Of a DNA stretch of 64,000 bases, positions 31,903 through 41,898 are shown piece after piece. The DNA is from Candidatus Moanibacter sp. GTDB lineage: Bacteria > Verrucomicrobiota > Verrucomicrobiia > Opitutales > UBA2987. The position numbers and the translations under genes are program-made. The notes below the pieces were generated by a model. It was given only the letters and a program-made list of their open reading frames with translations. It was not told where the DNA came from and did not search any database. The stretch's first letter is position 1. The number at the start of each line of letters is the position of its first letter. The DNA is taken from NCBI GenBank assembly GCA_965215885.1, contig CBDCEW010000100.1:64001-128000 (forward strand), given 5' to 3'.

Positions 31903-32108
31903 GTACTCGAACTCGTAAATACGGTGACGTATGCCGAGGCGATTTTGGATGCTGGGGGAGGCGGTCGAGTCGAGCAACGCTGCCCAGCGCCAAAATCGCC
32001 CGGTCCCTTTGGGATGGGGCGGCATTGAGGATATTGCGGCGCGCCTTGCACTATCCCCAATCCCGGCATGCCGGGACATACGTAACCATATTTACGAGTT
32101 CGAGTACT
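31902..32108. mobile_element. MITE family C with ~32-bp terminal inverted repeats
   Basis: AGTACTCGAACTCGTAAATACGGTGACGTATG / CATACGTAACCATATTTACGAGTTCGAGTACT; no convincing ORF. Confidence 0.8.
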
Positions 32109-32249
32109 AAGTCTCGATTTTGAGGAAAAATCAAAAAAATGTCTACAGATGTGTCGATTTGCCGGCCTCTCGTTCGACCCATGGATAGAGCTGGCCTAGG
32201 TGGCCATTCTCAATTAGAAACAGATCAAAATAACCATCAATAAAACAAA

Positions 32250-32588
32250 ATGAATAATTATCTCATTCTCGTACGCGGCGGAAACCCCGGTTTCGAAAAA
32301 CTGGACGAAGCGGGCCAGGGAGCCATTTACCAAAAGTGGGGCGCCTTCATGGGCAAGCTCACCGAAAAGGGCGCGTGGGTAGCCGGCGCGCCTCTCGAAA
32401 GTACAGGTCGGCTTCTCTGCGAAAAGAGGGAGCCTATGGAGGGAGTGGTCGGCGAGGACGACATTTCGATCGGTGGCTACCTGATTCTCCAGGCGGAGAA
32501 CTACGATGCTGTCCTCGAATTGTGCGACGATTGCCCAAGCTTCGAGATCGGCGGAAAACTCGAAATTCGCCAGGCCGGCGAAATGTAG
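32250..32588 (+). CDS. YciI family protein
   Basis: W..FMGKL, GAPL, IGGYLILQA, CP...GGKLEIR. Confidence 0.85.
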   Translation: MNNYLILVRGGNPGFEKLDEAGQGAIYQKWGAFMGKLTEKGAWVAGAPLESTGRLLCEKREPMEGVVGEDDISIGGYLILQAENYDAVLELCDDCPSFEIGGKLEIRQAGEM

Positions 32589-32802
32589 TCCACCGCAAGG
32601 AGGGCGCGGCCGGTGGCTCTTCATCAGGGTTGCACCGGCCGCGAATGGACCCAAGTGCTCTGCTGGCGAGAGAAAGGCCACTCCTTGTATCACCCCTTTT
32701 ACTCGGAAATCACAGCTGGGGGTAAATCCGGCTTCCCGCCCTCTAGTTTCATCTGGAAACCGGAATAAATTATCATCAGGCGTTTTGATAGTAGATGGCA
32801 GG

Positions 32803-33582
32803 TTATGTCGTCGGCGGTTCCGCTTTCATAAAATTATTGTAGCGGAAATGGTCCTCGCCGCGGACCAAAATCGTTTTTGCATAATAGTCCGTCCCTGACT
32901 CCTTCACCCCGTCCGGATCGAATCTGACCTCGGGCGTTGTGAATCGTACGGCGTATGCCAGTCGCGGCGTTTCACTCGAGTTGGCGTCCGAGCTGTGCAG
33001 CATGGCCTCGTTAAAAAATACGACGTCGCCCGGGGCCATTTCGAGGTCCAGAGCGCTGGATTCATCCACCTGGTCGGCGGTTAGACCGTGACCGAAAGCG
33101 CTGTCCCGGTCGAGCGGCTGGTATTGCTCGTCCAGCCACTGCCTGTGCGAACCTGGAATCAATCGCAAGCAACCGTTTTCTCGAAAGGTCGGCCCCAAGG
33201 CGACCCAGGCCGTTAGATTGATTCTCGGTTCCATGGGCCAGTAGGTCCCGTCCTGATGCCAAGGGATGAATGTGCTATTGTGGGGTTCTTTATACCAGAA
33301 AACCATGGCCCAAAGCACAATATTCGGGCCCAGTATTCCCTCGGCATGGTCGAGGATTTTCGGGTGCGTCGCCAGCTCATGGGCCCAACGAAAACGTAGA
33401 TTAAAGCCACTCCCTCGCTTATCAGTTGGGCCAGGCGAAGCCTCGGACTGCCCGATCGCCGCAAAGAAAGCCTTACGTCCGGCGGCGGCCTCTTCCTCGC
33501 TCAGCATGGGCACCGGGCCGGTGTAACCTGCCTCCCGGTATTGGTCAGCCGAAAAGCCGCCTGATGGATTATTAGCTTTCAT
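32803..33582 (-). CDS. PhyH family dioxygenase, canonical HxD
   Basis: IPWHQDGTYW, NGCLRLIPGSH, LHSSDANSSETPR. Confidence 0.9.
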   Translation of the reverse strand: MKANNPSGGFSADQYREAGYTGPVPMLSEEEAAAGRKAFFAAIGQSEASPGPTDKRGSGFNLRFRWAHELATHPKILDHAEGILGPNIVLWAMVFWYKEPHNSTFIPWHQDGTYWPMEPRINLTAWVALGPTFRENGCLRLIPGSHRQWLDEQYQPLDRDSAFGHGLTADQVDESSALDLEMAPGDVVFFNEAMLHSSDANSSETPRLAYAVRFTTPEVRFDPDGVKESGTDYYAKTILVRGEDHFRYNNFMKAEPPTT

Positions 33583-33811
33583 CGTTAACAGCCACACCGA
33601 GCGTTTCAAACACCGCCTTCCACCGCGCGGGGTGGCTCTCGTGGATGATTTCAGGTTCGAATCCCAAATTCAAATAGGTCTTAACTGCCGGCAGGCGCCA
33701 GTCGTCGGTGCAAAGATTGTAGCCCGCCGGCAGTTCAACCGGCGGCAAAGCGTCGAGTCGATTGCAGCGCATCTTCAATTGCGGCCTTTTTTTGAGCTGC
33801 TGTGTCTTCAT
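33572..33811 (-). pseudogene. GNAT acetyltransferase, internal deletion
   Basis: N-terminal LPPVELPAGY joined directly to C-terminal TDDWRLPAVKTYLNLGFEP. Confidence 0.6.
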
Positions 33812-33820
33812 GCAAAGCCC

Positions 33821-34162
33821 TCAAAAATCGTTGAACACATTCACCGGCCCGCCCTTCCGAATCGATTCCCATGCTGCCACCCCAACGGCCACCGACTTGG
33901 CCCCCTCGACCACATCCGGCGTCGGTTGGAGGTCACCCTCAAGGCATTGCTGGAAATGCCGCATGTAGCGGATCACCAGTTCACGATAGTCCGTCGTCCA
34001 GAAACCAATGCCAATCTGTTTGGCGTACGGTTCCAGAACCTCAGCTCGTTTCGCGCAGATACCCCGAAGCTCGTATTTCAGGTCCGGCACATCCTTCAAC
34101 AAGGTCATGGTTGAGCCCATGTTGGTCGGATTCATGCCGATGACGCCCACTCCGATGCCCAT
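33821..34162 (-). pseudogene. Gfo/Idh/MocA oxidoreductase, internal deletion
   Basis: IGVGVIG...TDYREL fused to C-terminal HFQQCL..PDVVEGAKSVAV; only 113 aa. Confidence 0.7.
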
Positions 34163-34199
34163 ACGTCCTCCTCCCGTTTTTGCTGCCTGTCCGGTCCGT

Positions 34200-35225
34200 T
34201 CAGAACCACGTGACCGGCTCGACTTTGCCCGATCTCAGCGACTTCATGGCAGCATCGCAGACTGACACATTCCGCGCGCCGAAGGTGGAATTCATCCAGT
34301 TCTCCCGCTTGCCGTCCAACACGTCCAGAAAGTCCCGGACGGTCAGGTTCCAGCCGTGGCGTTTCTGAATGTTGTTGGACTGCGGCAACAGCTCGGGCTC
34401 GGACGTGCGTCGAAGCAGTTTGCCGTCGACCAACGTCCCGTCGGTGCCGTAGGCCTCAAACATCCTGCCAGAGCCGACGCCATCGCCGCGATTGCAGCCG
34501 CTGGTGACGAATACCTTTCCGATCGCCCCGCTCTCGAACTTCATCGAGACAAGGAAGCAGTCCTCGATGGGCATGTTGGAGCCCGATAGACGATTGCCGC
34601 AGCAATAAACCTCCGTGACGGGGTCGTCTTCCATGACGTACAGAACCATATCCAACCCGTGGCAACCGCCGCCGAATAGAATGTTTTGAGGGTTATCCTT
34701 GTCGATCCGCCACGGGGTTGGACACTTGCCTTTCTCGTCGTACCAGTTCCACATGTCGTGAATGTAGAAGCCCGCCAGGTAGAAGATCTTGCCTATCCGC
34801 CCCTCCCTGGCCGCCTGCATCATGGTGCCCCAGGGATGGGAATACCGCATTGTGTAATCGACCATGATGATCTTGCCGGTGCCCTCTTCAGCCTCCAGGA
34901 GCTTTTTAGCGTCTTCCACGCAGGTCGCCAAGGGCTTTTCAATGAGCACGTGGCAGCCCGCCTCCAAGGCGGCCAGGCACTGCGGGCCGTGCAGGTGGTC
35001 CGGCCCGGCGTCGACCACGACGTCCGGCTTGCAGGATTGCAGCACCTTCAAATAGTCAGTGCCAATGATAGCGTCGGGATACTCCCCTTTCAGTTGCTCG
35101 ATGCGTTCCTCTCGCGTTTCCACGAAGGCCACCGGTTCGGCCCGGCCGTCTGCCTGCATCTCGTTCATTACCGTGGTGCCGGCGCTGCCGGTTCCAATAA
35201 TCAATGCACGGTACTTATCGCTCAT
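34200..35225 (-). CDS. Gfo/Idh/MocA oxidoreductase
   Basis: IIGTG, HVLIEKPLA, GGCHGLD. Confidence 0.9.
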   Translation of the reverse strand: MSDKYRALIIGTGSAGTTVMNEMQADGRAEPVAFVETREERIEQLKGEYPDAIIGTDYLKVLQSCKPDVVVDAGPDHLHGPQCLAALEAGCHVLIEKPLATCVEDAKKLLEAEEGTGKIIMVDYTMRYSHPWGTMMQAAREGRIGKIFYLAGFYIHDMWNWYDEKGKCPTPWRIDKDNPQNILFGGGCHGLDMVLYVMEDDPVTEVYCCGNRLSGSNMPIEDCFLVSMKFESGAIGKVFVTSGCNRGDGVGSGRMFEAYGTDGTLVDGKLLRRTSEPELLPQSNNIQKRHGWNLTVRDFLDVLDGKRENWMNSTFGARNVSVCDAAMKSLRSGKVEPVTWF

Positions 35226-35248
35226 ATTCTCTGTTCCATTCTCAGTCG

Positions 35249-36844
35249 TCAGTAATCGTCAACCAATTGCGGATCGATGCCAGGCATCGTATCGAGTTTC
35301 CAAATATCAACGGGGACGTCGTTTTCCTGACGCGCCCCGGGAGTGCTGCGTCCGTCGGCGACATATCTCTTGAGCAAAGCGAGCAGCTCTTTGGCCTTGT
35401 CCCGGTTCTCGGTGTGCAGGTTGTGCGTCTCACCCGGATCGGCCCTCATGTCATAGAGTTGAACGAGGGGTAAACCCGCTTTGGCAGCGTCGGCGTCGTC
35501 GTGAGTCCAGCCGCCTGATCCAGGGCAAAGCACCAGCTTCCAGCGGCCGTCACGAATGGCGAACTTGCCCGCAATTGAATGATGCACCACTGTGATGCGG
35601 CCAGTTGCGCCAGTTTCGCGGAACAGTGGCATCATGCTTACGCTGTCCTCGCCTGCGTCATCCGGAAGAGTGGCGCCAACGATTTCGGCGACGGTCGCCA
35701 TCAGGTCGGAGAGGCACACAATGTGGTCGCATTCAGTTCCGGGCCGAATAACGCCGGGCCATCTGGCTACACACGGAATACGGTGACCCCCATCCCAAGC
35801 GTCTGATTTGTAACCTCTGTAGGGACCGCTGGGGAAATGCCCCTGCGCCTCCATCTCTTTTGCCCCAATGTAAGGGGCGCAGCCGTTGTCGCTCGTGAAG
35901 ATAACGAGAGTGTTGTCCGCCACGTTGTATTTTTCCAGCGACCGCAACACGCGACCGAATACGTCATCGGTCTCAATCACCAGGTCAGCGTAGAGGTTGT
36001 TCAGACCGCTCTTGCCGATCCACGGCCTGTTGACCGACAGCGGCGTGTGCGGCGAAGTCATGGGCAAATAGAGGAAGAATGGCTCGTCTGCCGCCGCCAG
36101 GTCTCGGATGTAATCGTCCGCCTTCTTGGCCCAGGTCGGCAGCAGTTGCTCGAAATGCCAGTAAGGCATGGCCGGCCCCGAGTAGCTGGCCAGGTTATCG
36201 CCGACCAGACGGGACGGCAGGAACTCAGATGGAACGCCGACGGTGCGGTCGTCTTCGATGAAGCAATAGGGAGGCCAGTTGGGGATGTCCACGCCGAAGT
36301 AATAGTCGAAGCCGCGCGTGGTTGGCCCACCGGTGGTTGGTTTCGAAAATGCGTTTTGCCAACGTGCCTGTTGTTCGGGCGTAGCTTCCAGGTCGTCATC
36401 AGCTACCTGTGTTGTATCCCGATGACGCTGGAAACCCCTAGGATGAAAATCCTCCGCGTTCGCCTCGAAATCCCATCCCTGTCCCAAATGCCATTTGCCG
36501 ATGCAGGCGGTGTGATAGCCGTGCTGTTTAAGCAACTCTGGTACGGTGAGGCGATCTGCGGCAATCAAGGGATCTCCGTAGAGGCCGACAACCCATTTCT
36601 GCAGGTTCGAGCGCCAATTGTAACGTCCGGTCAGCACGCTGTAGCGCGACGGCGAGCATACTGCCGAACTAGAGTGTGCATCCGTGAACATCATACCCTC
36701 GCTGGCCAGGCGGTCGAGGTTCTGGGTATGGATCTTCCCCTCGGGATTCAAGCACGAGGCGTCGCCGTAGCCCATGTCGTCGACGAAGAAGTAGACGATG
36801 TTTGGTCTGCTTGATTGCGTTGCCAAATCCCGATACACGCCCAA
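35249..36844 (-). CDS. Arylsulfatase; first gene downstream of attC 36839
   Basis: PNIVYFFVDDMGYGD, CSPSRY, GKWHLG, FTSDNG; candidate TTG start lies within core GTTGGGC. Confidence 0.93.
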   Translation of the reverse strand: MGVYRDLATQSSRPNIVYFFVDDMGYGDASCLNPEGKIHTQNLDRLASEGMMFTDAHSSSAVCSPSRYSVLTGRYNWRSNLQKWVVGLYGDPLIAADRLTVPELLKQHGYHTACIGKWHLGQGWDFEANAEDFHPRGFQRHRDTTQVADDDLEATPEQQARWQNAFSKPTTGGPTTRGFDYYFGVDIPNWPPYCFIEDDRTVGVPSEFLPSRLVGDNLASYSGPAMPYWHFEQLLPTWAKKADDYIRDLAAADEPFFLYLPMTSPHTPLSVNRPWIGKSGLNNLYADLVIETDDVFGRVLRSLEKYNVADNTLVIFTSDNGCAPYIGAKEMEAQGHFPSGPYRGYKSDAWDGGHRIPCVARWPGVIRPGTECDHIVCLSDLMATVAEIVGATLPDDAGEDSVSMMPLFRETGATGRITVVHHSIAGKFAIRDGRWKLVLCPGSGGWTHDDADAAKAGLPLVQLYDMRADPGETHNLHTENRDKAKELLALLKRYVADGRSTPGARQENDVPVDIWKLDTMPGIDPQLVDDY

Positions 36845-36900
36845 CGCTTAGCGTAGCCGCGAGGGCGCCAGCCCGAGCTTGCTACTGCGTTTGGTTCTAA
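36839..36900 (-). other. attC site
   Basis: Plus strand GCCCAAC...GTTCTAA with inner GTAGC/GCTAC stem; inverse core matches core at 37118. Confidence 0.8.
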
Positions 36901-37117
36901 GTTTGTTGTTGATTGTTTCGCCCACAATTTTCGATCTTCCTCAGCTCTGTAATTCTGTAAATTCTCAATCACAAATTCGGTCGCTCTTCGGCGTTGGCTA
37001 TGGTTGGCCACAAGAGATCACAAAGAACGCAAAAGGAAAAGGGTTTTCTGTTCTCTGCGTTCTTTCCCGTCTCGGCAGAGCGTAGCGTAGACGGATGTGG
37101 CCATTCCTGTTTTCGAC

Positions 37118-37176
37118 TTAGAACGTCACGGGTGACGCATGTGGAACGTCGCGTCGCCTCCGCCGTTTGGTTCGCT
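37118..37176 (-). other. attC site
   Basis: TTAGAAC...GTTCGCT, inner GACGC/GCGTC stem, 59 bp. Confidence 0.75.
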
Positions 37177-37365
37177 GCTTCTACTGCTCTTCCAACCACT
37201 CGTGTCCGAGCCGTGTGGTGCCATCTTGAAGGATGAAGGGCATGTAGCCCTGGCCAGGATGAAGCGAATTGCTATCGGTGCGCTCCCTGCCTGCGGTGAT
37301 GAAACGGCCCTCAACGAGGTGCCAGAGCAGCCAGCCGATCCCGTGCCGATATGCATCCGAATATC

Positions 37366-37959
37366 TCAATGTGTTGCGCTGTCCCCCCAAATCTCTTTCA
37401 AGCGCCGATCCCGACCACAACCCCAACGATAATATCGATAGCGAACAGGGCTTTTTTTGTAATAATCCTGATGGTGACTCTCTTCACCCTTAATGGGATA
37501 GAAGGTTGATGCGTTTAAAATAGGCGTAACAACCTTTTTGTTGGGGAATCGCTCAACAACCTTCTTTCGAGACTGTTCAGCCAATTTCCTTTCCTCTTCG
37601 TTTGCGACAAAGATAGCACTCAAATAACTCGGACCCTTGTCGCAAAACTGCCCTGTTGCATCGAATGGGTCGATTTGAACCCAGTAATAATCTAACAGAT
37701 CTTTGTAACTGATTTTTTTGGGGTCATAAGTGATTTCGACGGCTTCATAATGACCTTCGTGGTTACCGTTGTAAGTCGGATTTTTGATTGTTCCACCCGT
37801 AAATCCCGAAACCACATCGATGACACCTTCAAGTTTCTCAAAATCTGCTTCCATACACCAGAAGCAACCACCCGCCAACACAGTTTTTTCCGCCACAGCG
37901 TTAGAAACACAGATCAGTAAGCCGATCGACAAGATAAATGCACATTTGTTTTTCATCAT
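37366..37959 (-). CDS. msrA: Peptide-methionine (S)-S-oxide reductase with signal peptide
   Basis: AGGCFWCMEADF, GHYEAV, GQFCDKG, HQDYY. Confidence 0.95.
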   Translation of the reverse strand: MMKNKCAFILSIGLLICVSNAVAEKTVLAGGCFWCMEADFEKLEGVIDVVSGFTGGTIKNPTYNGNHEGHYEAVEITYDPKKISYKDLLDYYWVQIDPFDATGQFCDKGPSYLSAIFVANEEERKLAEQSRKKVVERFPNKKVVTPILNASTFYPIKGEESHHQDYYKKSPVRYRYYRWGCGRDRRLKEIWGDSATH

Positions 37960-37999
37960 GTTCGCCGTTCGTTAAGTCGCTTTGCCTTGTTGGGTTCAG

Positions 38000-38257
38000 T
38001 CAGACTTGGACAACTTCTGTAATCCGGACCTCCTTGACCGCATGATCGAGCCAGTAAGAGAAGAGGAATTCATCGATTAGGATATTCTCGATGAGTCTTC
38101 CCGATTCATCCGAGAGCTGATAATCGCTGATTTGGAAAGGATGAGCAGCGATTCTATCGGCGAGGTCTAATACTTTTCTCTGTTTCTGTTTCGGCAGTGT
38201 TATAAGAAACGACGCGGCTTCCATTGAAAGATGGCTTCTATATTCGGGTTCAGTCAT
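38000..38257 (-). CDS. Putative RelE-like toxin
   Basis: 85 aa, overlaps upstream small ORF; YWLDHAVKEVRITEV resembles a RelE C-terminus. Confidence 0.55.
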   Translation of the reverse strand: MTEPEYRSHLSMEAASFLITLPKQKQRKVLDLADRIAAHPFQISDYQLSDESGRLIENILIDEFLFSYWLDHAVKEVRITEVVQV

Positions 38258-38453
38258 GCCCCAGCTCACTTCTGAGCTCTCCTGTACCCTTCTTTTTTCC
38301 TTCGGCCATCTCATCGAGCCGCCGAGCAGTCTCCTTTTTCCACTCCGGCGTATCCTGACCCAGTTTTATCAGAAAAGCTGAGATCTCACGTCTCTCGGTA
38401 TCAGAGAGACTTGAAAGCTGCTGTTTTAAGGCGAGAAGTGCCGTTCCGGTCAT
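38250..38453 (-). CDS. Putative antitoxin (addiction module component-like)
   Basis: LSDTERRE...W..E..RRLDEMAEGK. Confidence 0.55.
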   Translation of the reverse strand: MTGTALLALKQQLSSLSDTERREISAFLIKLGQDTPEWKKETARRLDEMAEGKKKGTGELRSELGHD

Positions 38454-38483
38454 AATTCGATTCTTCCTTTTCTTGGTGAGACG

Positions 38484-39584
38484 TCAATACTTGGAATTAT
38501 CGTGAAAATTCCCGCAACCTACTGTCGCCCACGGCATCATTTCTGTCTGAATCGGTTTTCCTTCTTTTAGCGCCTGGGCGCACGTCAAGTTCAAGTAATG
38601 GTCCTGTGACGCTTCGGCCAGCGAATAGAAAGTTTCTCCGGTGTCTACATATTTGGCCATGTTGGTCAGACAGGTGGCTATTGCAATCTCATCGTCGGTG
38701 AGCGGAGCCGGTGCGAATGGAATCTTGTAGGCCCATTCATCGCCGATCTGGATTCCTTTGAAGTAAATTCCTTCCAGGTTCCCATCGACGCCGGCTGCGT
38801 GACGGACGAACTCAAGTTTGACCGGCGTCAGGAAATCTTTCAGGCAGGTGAGCTCCTTGTTGACAATCTCGCCGCGCACGCCGCGCACAAGCACTCGCTC
38901 ATTGCGTATCCAGGAGAAATACTGATCGCCCGTGAAGTCAAACACACCGAGTTTGTCCCCAAAATCGAAATGGAAAAACTGTTGCGCCGAATCGCGGATT
39001 TCTTCTTTGTCCGGCGGACCACGGCGGTCCGGTCCGGCTATGAGCGGCGATTTGAACGCGTATCCGGTGATGGTGCAGCATTCACACGTGATTCCGAGCA
39101 ACCGCCGGATCAAGCTTATGCCGTGATATCCGTGCGCTGCAGAAACCTGAGCCTGCGAAACAGCGCCGAGTTTGCCGCTTTGGGCTACGGCAATGCGTGC
39201 CGCATGATGCGGCTGCAAGTGGTATTGTTCGGCAACCTGAATCCTCGCTCCCAGCTTGTTCAGGGCCACCAGTCCTTCGACATCCGGAGCCGGCGGCGTT
39301 TCAGAGAGCACCGGTATGTCCCGCTCAGCGAGCAGCTCGATAACTCCCGGATTGACGGGCCATGGCACACTGGTCACCACAAAATCGGACTCGGTGTGGC
39401 CGATCAATTCTTCCGCTGACTCGAACGTCTTCACACCCCATTGCTGTGTAAGTTCCGCTCGCTTTTCCGCGTTCCGCGAAGTCACTCCTGTCACTTCAAA
39501 CCGGTCCGCACATGCACGTGCGATTCGCAGGTAGAATTCCGCGCGCCAGCCCGACCCGACAATTCCGAAGGCAATTTTGTCCAC
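38484..39584 (-). CDS. Gfo/Idh/MocA oxidoreductase
   Basis: FGIVGSGWR, VLSETPPA, QVAEQY. Confidence 0.88.
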   Translation of the reverse strand: MDKIAFGIVGSGWRAEFYLRIARACADRFEVTGVTSRNAEKRAELTQQWGVKTFESAEELIGHTESDFVVTSVPWPVNPGVIELLAERDIPVLSETPPAPDVEGLVALNKLGARIQVAEQYHLQPHHAARIAVAQSGKLGAVSQAQVSAAHGYHGISLIRRLLGITCECCTITGYAFKSPLIAGPDRRGPPDKEEIRDSAQQFFHFDFGDKLGVFDFTGDQYFSWIRNERVLVRGVRGEIVNKELTCLKDFLTPVKLEFVRHAAGVDGNLEGIYFKGIQIGDEWAYKIPFAPAPLTDDEIAIATCLTNMAKYVDTGETFYSLAEASQDHYLNLTCAQALKEGKPIQTEMMPWATVGCGNFHDNSKY

Positions 39585-40663
39585 TATTTTTCTTTCTGCT
39601 TCAGTTTTCTTCCGTCTCTGCACCCGCCCTTGCCGGAGTAGGGCATACCCGGGTCCCAGTCGGATGGCGCGGGCGGGTTAAACGTGTCGAGTGGAAACGA
39701 GACTGCGCAACGGTAGCGACTGGATAGGTATGCCGCTTCGCATACCTGCAACGACATGAGCGAACTCTCCGGCACTCTGTAATCCGTGGTCCCGTTGTCC
39801 ATATCTACGGCCATGTTTTCGAGGTAGATCTGATGCTTGTTTATGGCGGCCTCCGGTTCAGGTGCGATGAAGACGCCTTCGGGATGTTCCGGATTCAGCA
39901 GCTTGTAACTCTGTTCGCCAAAGGCATATTCGATGAAGCCTTGAGTGCCCATTATCCTGAATATGGTGCATTCTCCATGGTCCATGATCGAAATGTAGTC
40001 CCCGGTCTGTTGAACACAGCGGATTCCACTCTCCGTTACGACGTAAGTCACCCCCTCAGTTTCTACCTGCATGCCGTCTCGGTAGGTGCGTGTCGAACAA
40101 TCGCAAGCCGCCAGCACGTGATCGATAGGTTCATTGCCAGTGAGGGTAATGAAATAATTGATCCAATGAATGCCTGCGTTGATGATATCCCATTTGTCGC
40201 ATTCAATCTCGACGAGTCGTAGATCGCCCACTGCGCCATGTTTGCACTTCGCGATGATGTCCTTGCCGCAACCGTCCGCGATCATGTTGTGGGGAACGAC
40301 CATGGGAAGATTCCTGCCCTCAATACGTTCCAGAATTTCGGCGCCCGCTTCCGCAGTGTCGCCGAGCGGCTTCTCGACCAGTATTCCTTTCAACGGTAGT
40401 ATCAAAGCATCCAGTGTAATCTCGCGATGGGAAGGGGCCCAAGTGGACACACACACCACCTCTGTCGGGCATTCGGCCAACATCTCCTTGTGGGACGTGA
40501 ACGTGCGAATCCCCGGGTACATCTCTTCGATCACACGACACACTTCCGCCCGCATGTCGCATGCGGCCACAAGTTTGTAACGCTCCGAGGCAGCTAGGGC
40601 GTTCAGGCTCAGACGCCCGCCAGTCCCTGCACCCACCACACTGGCCGTGTAGCTATCAGTCAT
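39584..40663 (-). CDS. Gfo/Idh/MocA oxidoreductase
   Basis: VVGAG, ILVEKPL, NAGIHW. Confidence 0.88.
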   Translation of the reverse strand: MTDSYTASVVGAGTGGRLSLNALAASERYKLVAACDMRAEVCRVIEEMYPGIRTFTSHKEMLAECPTEVVCVSTWAPSHREITLDALILPLKGILVEKPLGDTAEAGAEILERIEGRNLPMVVPHNMIADGCGKDIIAKCKHGAVGDLRLVEIECDKWDIINAGIHWINYFITLTGNEPIDHVLAACDCSTRTYRDGMQVETEGVTYVVTESGIRCVQQTGDYISIMDHGECTIFRIMGTQGFIEYAFGEQSYKLLNPEHPEGVFIAPEPEAAINKHQIYLENMAVDMDNGTTDYRVPESSLMSLQVCEAAYLSSRYRCAVSFPLDTFNPPAPSDWDPGMPYSGKGGCRDGRKLKQKEK

Positions 40664-40689
40664 ATTGCATCCTTTACTGCTATCGTTTC

Positions 40690-40753
40690 ATCGAACGCCG
40701 CAATCGGCGCGCGCCGTACGTGTTTAGCGTGATGGCAGATGCATTAGTTCGAT
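40690..40753 (-). other. attC site
   Basis: ATCGAAC...GTTCGAT complementary ends, 64 bp. Confidence 0.7.
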
Positions 40754-40997
40754 GTTGGAAGCAAGGGGTCAAGCCTTAGAAGTGTCTGTTTTTCGGGGTC
40801 AGCTGCCTCAATCCTGCCGTACGGCAGGACCCTAAGCCTGCGAAGGGCGGTTTGTAAGGCCTGACCCCCTCAGCGAAGCGGAAAAACAGCCACTTCTTAA
40901 GGTCATGACCCCGAACGGCGAATAGTTCCGCAAGAACTTTAAGACCATAAGCCATCGCGCTATACACGTACCACGCCTCAGTGCGCGGATCGATTCC

Positions 40998-41060
40998 ATG
41001 CCAAGAACGCTTCGTTTCGAATATGCCGGTGAGGTATACCACGTCAATAACCGTGGCAAC
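40998..41060 (+). pseudogene. REP-associated tyrosine transposase (IS200-like) N-terminal remnant
   Basis: MPRTLRFEYAGEVYHVNNRGN; nearby GGGGTC/GACCCC motifs; second remnant at 30291-30331. Confidence 0.7.
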
Positions 41061-41397
41061 TGTTGCAGCCGGACCTTCGAGAAAGGGGCTCCTAAGACTC
41101 GTATCAGAAATGTCCTGTTAACTCCCGATCCCTTACATGAATCCGGGGATGACGAAGCGGAGGCATTCCGGGCGAAGCGGGTTCAAATGACACGGCCGGG
41201 GTCAACACCGGTAATGATGGAAACAGACCGGAGGTCTAGTAGCCAGCGTTCTCCGGTGAAGCGGCCTTGATCGGAAGCGCGTTGTCAAGCGTCGACTGCA
41301 TCCGTCTTGTGCTGGCAGCGTACGGTACGCGTTGCAAGCTCGGCAGGCATTATGGCCGATGGCTCCTCCTGCGCTGGCCGGAGTTGTCTGAGACGGC

Positions 41398-41720
41398 TGG
41401 TTCGCACTCAGATTCTTGCGTATCAGAACAGATACTATCGATGGGTCTCGCTCCAAGATGATCGTCTCTTCGGTGATCTCGAATCCGCATTTTCTGTAGA
41501 ATCGCAATGCTCTTTCATTTGTTTTGGTAACGTATCCTTCCATCGATCGCATTCCATTCGACGATGCCCAACCTGTAAGGCTGTCCATTAGCAATATCGC
41601 AGCGCGTGTTCCTCTATACTTCGGATCTACCCAAACGCCGTTGACCACTGCTACTCCTTTTCTCTGCTTGTGCTTTAAACTTCCCCCGATTCCGACCGTC
41701 AGCGAGGAGGCGCGCCAATA
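41398..41720 (-). pseudogene. GNAT acetyltransferase cassette remnant
   Basis: VWVDPKYRG, NERALRFYRKCGF; ends in GCGAACC half-attC. Confidence 0.65.
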
Positions 41721-41753
41721 GGCGTTACCTCGCGCGCCTGGTGTTCTCTACCT

Positions 41754-41840
41754 TTATTTTTCAAGTAATTCACCTTCCACGTATTGGTGAATCAATCCGG
41801 AGATCAAAGCTTGGTAAGGGATTCCTTTCTGGACCTCCTT
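41754..41840 (-). pseudogene. CopG/BrnA-like antitoxin C-terminal remnant
   Basis: GIPYQALISGLIHQYV. Confidence 0.6.
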
Positions 41841-41898
41841 TTTGCAGTAGCAAAAAGCGGGACAAGCAGGGTTGTCCGTATTGATCGCATTGTTAGGC
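41838..41898 (-). other. Truncated attC (inverse-core half only)
   Basis: Minus strand GCCTAAC AATGCGATCAA matches core GTTAGGC at 42300; distal arm deleted. Confidence 0.6.
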
